Virus record (IMG/VR): IMGVR_UViG_3300025141_000022
Coordinates: 120,914-184,913 of that record
Strand: one strand, 5' to 3'
DNA from: a virus
DNA: 64,000 nt
The notes below the pieces were generated by a model, which searched no databases, had not been told where the DNA came from, and worked only from the letters and a program-made list of their open reading frames with translations. Shown one piece after another: positions 61,588 through 64,000 of the stretch. How positions within the stretch are numbered: position 1 is the stretch's first letter; each line of letters begins with the position of its first letter. A program made the translations under genes and the position numbers.

Positions 61588-61815
61588 ATGAAACAGGGGA
61601 GCAAAGAGTTTAACATAGGGGATCTGGTTAGGTTTCGCCAACCGATCCCATCCCCAAATAGTCGTACCGGAGTCGGTATTATACTAGAGGTTGCGAAAAA
61701 GAATGACCTGTGGGGAAATAAATGTTATACGATTTTGTGGTATGAAACTGGGGAAAAAACTGTAGAGTGGGCTGTCTACATAGAACTTGTAAGCCCAACA
61801 AAGGAGAGGGAATAA
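61588..61815 (+). CDS. KOW/SH3-like small protein
   Basis: FNIGDLVRF...GVGIILEV...YTILW...IELVS. Confidence 0.6.
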   Translation: MKQGSKEFNIGDLVRFRQPIPSPNSRTGVGIILEVAKKNDLWGNKCYTILWYETGEKTVEWAVYIELVSPTKERE

Positions 61816-61816
61816 A

Positions 61817-62134
61817 ATGAAAATAGGGGATCTAGTAACACTTTCGTCGTATGCGTGCGGCCTTAATCAACTGGCTCGCTGGACACCCAGTGGTCGAAGA
61901 TATTGTGCTGGCCATTGGGCCGAAGATGGCACGTTTAAGGCGGAGACTCCCAAGCCCATGGTCGGCATCGTTACCCACAAGGCAACGGGCGACTCATATT
62001 ATAATAGAGATAAAACAATGTTCCATGTTACATGGTTTATTGACGAAGATCCGCCCGTTGGCCGCGATGGACGATGGGGCTCGTCAGGGTTTTATCGCAA
62101 GGATCTAAAGTTTGTTAGCAAAATCAAAAAATAA
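61817..62134 (+). CDS. KOW/SH3-like small protein
   Basis: MKIGDLVTL...VGIVT...FHVTWF...RKDLKFVS. Confidence 0.6.
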   Translation: MKIGDLVTLSSYACGLNQLARWTPSGRRYCAGHWAEDGTFKAETPKPMVGIVTHKATGDSYYNRDKTMFHVTWFIDEDPPVGRDGRWGSSGFYRKDLKFVSKIKK

Positions 62135-62145
62135 GGAGAAATGAT

Positions 62146-62340
62146 ATGGCTACATGCATCGAATGTGAAGAAGAATATAATGATAAACGTCTAGCTCTCG
62201 GCTATCGAACATGCCTTCGCTGCGGAGATCGATCCGCTCGCAGGGTGATTCGCACACGGACGGCAGCGAATCTTGCTGCCATGACCCCGAATCACTTTGA
62301 CGGAAAGGTCGAGGATTTGTTTGATGAGCGCCGGGATTGA
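62146..62340 (+). CDS. DksA/TraR-type C4 zinc-finger protein
   Basis: CIECEEEYNDKRLALGYRTCLRCG matches the CxxC-x(5-6)-RL-x(6-8)-CxxC pattern. Confidence 0.55.
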   Translation: MATCIECEEEYNDKRLALGYRTCLRCGDRSARRVIRTRTAANLAAMTPNHFDGKVEDLFDERRD

Positions 62341-62347
62341 TGGAGGC

Positions 62348-62402
62348 TTGACATTTTCTTGACAAGATTGTGCTTGCAAGTCGCATCAGCCTGTGCTATA
62401 TT
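62348..62402 (+). promoter_or_regulatory. Triple -35 promoter cassette
   Basis: TTGACA(62348)-TTGACA(62359)-TTGCAA(62374)-N17-TATATT. Confidence 0.7.
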
Positions 62403-62427
62403 ATATATGTCTTAAAGGAGAAAGACT

Positions 62428-62622
62428 ATGAACTTGACCAACGAAAACAATCCTTTTGATCAAGCTGCTCTGGTATGTGAGAGTGTTATCGCTTGTATTT
62501 CTATCTTCGCCTCTCTGCGTGAAGCAGAGGGTTTGGCCGAATCAACGCCACAGGCGCGAGAGCTAGTTTTGGAGTCTTATGCTGCTGCGCTCGTTGCTGG
62601 GCAAATGGCAGCGGAAGCGTGA
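62428..62622 (+). CDS. Hypothetical protein (64 aa)
   Basis: SD AGGAG after the promoter. Confidence 0.5.
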   Translation: MNLTNENNPFDQAALVCESVIACISIFASLREAEGLAESTPQARELVLESYAAALVAGQMAAEA

Positions 62623-62834
62623 AGCGAACCGGCGCACCGAGCGTTGGCGACCTTGTAGTCCACAAACTTGATGAGGAGCGTGGTATCACCTGTATCGGCC
62701 TTGTCTTGGTATGCAGGGGTATCCAGTGCTTCATAACATGGGCCTCTCCATCAGCACCGAGAGGCTGGCACAACCGTACAAGATTAAAGGTTGTGTCTGC
62801 TGTAACACCGAGGGAGAAACATAATGGTAGATAG
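62619..62834 (+). CDS. KOW/SH3-like small protein
   Basis: PSVGDLVVH...IGLVLVC...FITW...LKVVS. Confidence 0.6.
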   Translation: MKRTGAPSVGDLVVHKLDEERGITCIGLVLVCRGIQCFITWASPSAPRGWHNRTRLKVVSAVTPREKHNGR

Positions 62835-63081
62835 AGAAGTCAACCAAGAAAACTATAAAAGCCTTGTCGGTTCGCTGCTGCGATTCCGATGCGAGGGCAA
62901 CTACCCTGAGTTTCATGGTGCTATCGGCATGGTGATCAAGCACAGCAAGCCATGGTCCGTCCGTGTGCGCTGGGTCAAGCCGGTCCATTACGCTACGCAC
63001 ACTGAACACTATAAGTTTCACGGGCCAGCTACGGTGTCCGACTTTGAACTCACCAGATTTGAGATCATCAGTGAGTCTTGA
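62824..63081 (+). CDS. KOW/SH3-like small protein
   Basis: LVGSLLRF...IGMVIKH...VRVRWV...FEIIS. Confidence 0.55.
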   Translation: MVDREVNQENYKSLVGSLLRFRCEGNYPEFHGAIGMVIKHSKPWSVRVRWVKPVHYATHTEHYKFHGPATVSDFELTRFEIISES

Positions 63082-63132
63082 CATCTTCTTGACAACTTTC
63101 CTCTTGACTCTCACCCGCACAGGTGGTATAAT
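63076..63132 (+). repeat. 57-bp exact direct repeat, copy 1 (triple -35 promoter cassette)
   Basis: TCTTGACATCTTCTTGACAACTTTCCTCTTGACTCTCACCCGCACAGGTGGTATAAT; TTGACT-N17-TATAAT. Confidence 0.92.
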
Positions 63133-63156
63133 ACAGGGGTAAAAAGGGAGAGATCA

Positions 63157-63399
63157 ATGAAAGTCGGTGATTTGGTAAAAGTAAAAGACTGTACTCCCCA
63201 GCTTGATACCATGGCAGGCGCTTATCTGGATTTTGCATGTGAATGTTTTTTCTGCACGACTGGATCAAATCGTATTGGATTTGTAACTGGTCCAGCCCCC
63301 CGAAATAGTTGGCACGTCATGTTTGACACAGGAATGTGGCGACTAGATGATTTTGAAGAAGCTCGCGGAGAAGTGGAGGTGATCGGTGAAAGTCGGTGA
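63157..63399 (+). CDS. KOW/SH3-like small protein with a CxCxxC insert
   Basis: MKVGDLVKV...CECFFC...IGFVT...WHVMF...VEVIGESR. Confidence 0.65.
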   Translation: MKVGDLVKVKDCTPQLDTMAGAYLDFACECFFCTTGSNRIGFVTGPAPRNSWHVMFDTGMWRLDDFEEARGEVEVIGESR

Positions 63400-63586
63400 T
63401 TTGGTAAAAGTAACCTTTGGCCACAGCGAAGAGGCTACGGTTGGTATTTTTATTCGTGATGATACTGTTGCTACCGGGCAGGACGAGAATGGTGACATTA
63501 TTCTCACTCGCGCATATGTGCTGTGGGAAGGCGAAGTTTACTCAACCCCCCTTGATCAGATGGAGTTGATCAATGAAAGTCGGTGA
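63386..63586 (+). CDS. KOW/SH3-like small protein
   Basis: MKVGDLVKV...VGIFI...AYVLW...MELINESR. Confidence 0.65.
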   Translation: MKVGDLVKVTFGHSEEATVGIFIRDDTVATGQDENGDIILTRAYVLWEGEVYSTPLDQMELINESR

Positions 63587-63770
63587 TTTAGTAAAGTTTG
63601 AATCTTCATTTTTTAGTGCTACCGCTGCTGAATATGCGAATCCCGGTATAATCCTTGAAGATGTTTCGCGTCCGCATCATCGACGCGCCCGTCACTTCCG
63701 AGTGATATGGGCCGATCAGAGAGTCACGACCGAGCACATGTCGTATCTTGCACTCTTGACATCTTCTTGA
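63573..63770 (+). CDS. KOW/SH3-like small protein
   Basis: MKVGDLVKF...PGIILED...FRVIW...YLALL. Confidence 0.65.
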   Translation: MKVGDLVKFESSFFSATAAEYANPGIILEDVSRPHHRRARHFRVIWADQRVTTEHMSYLALLTSS

Positions 63771-63810
63771 CAACTTTCCTCTTGACTCTCACCCGCACAG
63801 GTGGTATAAT
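63754..63810 (+). repeat. 57-bp exact direct repeat, copy 2 (triple -35 promoter cassette)
   Basis: Identical to 63076-63132. Confidence 0.92.
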
Positions 63811-63839
63811 GATGGCATATCAAGTAAGGAGATATATCA

Positions 63840-64000
63840 ATGGCTGCTAACCTTCCCCATGTAATGACGTTCGCACAAGCATGCGACTTGTTCACAGACG
63901 AGATCCTTCCAATGATCCAAGAGGCGCATGAGCAGGACGGTCAACCTGACTGGCCCGCCCGATGTGAGGCATGGAACAACTGGACGGACATGCTCTGCAA
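63840..64000 (+). CDS. Hypothetical protein, 3'-truncated by the window end
   Basis: SD AAGGAG; MAANLPHVMTFAQACDLF...DWPARCEAWNNWTDMLC. Confidence 0.6.
   Translation, partial: MAANLPHVMTFAQACDLFTDEILPMIQEAHEQDGQPDWPARCEAWNNWTDMLC

Noticed and set aside
375-63268. Numerous minus-strand and alternative-frame ORFs in the track (e.g. 8494-8787, 9928-10392, 42510-42905, 51370-51891)
   Set aside because: All lie antisense to or inside long, motif-bearing + strand genes, lack SDs or recognisable motifs, and are explained by codon bias of the real genes.
63076-63810. Repeats in the last kilobase as a CRISPR array
   Set aside because: The 57-bp and 22-27-bp repeats are promoters and gene starts separated by intact 200-700 bp genes, not 30-40 nt spacers. 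No cas genes are present.
1-64000. Stop-codon reassignment (alternative genetic code), common in some large phages
   Set aside because: Conserved genes (sheath, DnaE, RNR, GroEL) are full length in code 11, and TAG, TGA and TAA all end genes at expected positions.
1-64000. tRNA genes, reverse transcriptase/DGR, integrase or IS elements
   Set aside because: No cloverleaf with T-loop GTTCRA in intergenic gaps, and no YxDD RT, tyrosine/serine recombinase or transposase motifs were recognised.

Overview
This is a 64 kb segment of a large, T4-like (myovirus-type) dsDNA phage genome. All credible genes are on the + strand, tightly packed, in the standard genetic code. In order, the window holds: (i) 1-16.9 kb, virion morphogenesis (end of the major capsid gene, neck proteins, tail sheath, tail tube, tail assembly chaperone pair, tape measure, baseplate proteins); (ii) 16.9-24 kb, a minimal family-A DNA polymerase, a divergent tubulin/FtsZ-like protein, gp32-like SSB, RecA/UvsX, a deaminase and a 5'-3' exonuclease; (iii) 24-29 kb, a late-type operon with a nucleotidyltransferase, large unknown proteins, a thioesterase and a NUDIX hydrolase; (iv) 29-42 kb, helicase, class II RNR, GroES, DnaE, HNH, dUTPase, N6-adenine methylase, IMPDH/GMPR and a stand-alone sigma70 region-4 protein; (v) 42-58 kb, ClpP, GroEL, putative virion cargo proteins, cupins and a lipoprotein cluster (trypsin-like protease plus vWA protein); (vi) 58-64 kb, an array of small KOW/SH3-like genes with repeated promoter cassettes and a candidate structured RNA. 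Two promoter classes are visible by eye: sigma70-type TTGAC(A/T)-N16-18-TA(T/N)(A/T)NT, and a recurrent (A/C/T)CTAnTTA motif before structural genes. The strongest leads are: a putative capsid-cargo system (late motif plus a shared W-x-x-(F/Y)-(L/I/V)-x-E leader on enzymes); a KOW mini-gene array with identical junctions and 57-bp triple -35 promoter repeats; a stand-alone sigma4 domain; a ~170-nt structured RNA; and a +1/-2 frameshift in the tail chaperone. All functional calls come from motif recognition by eye; no database searches were run.
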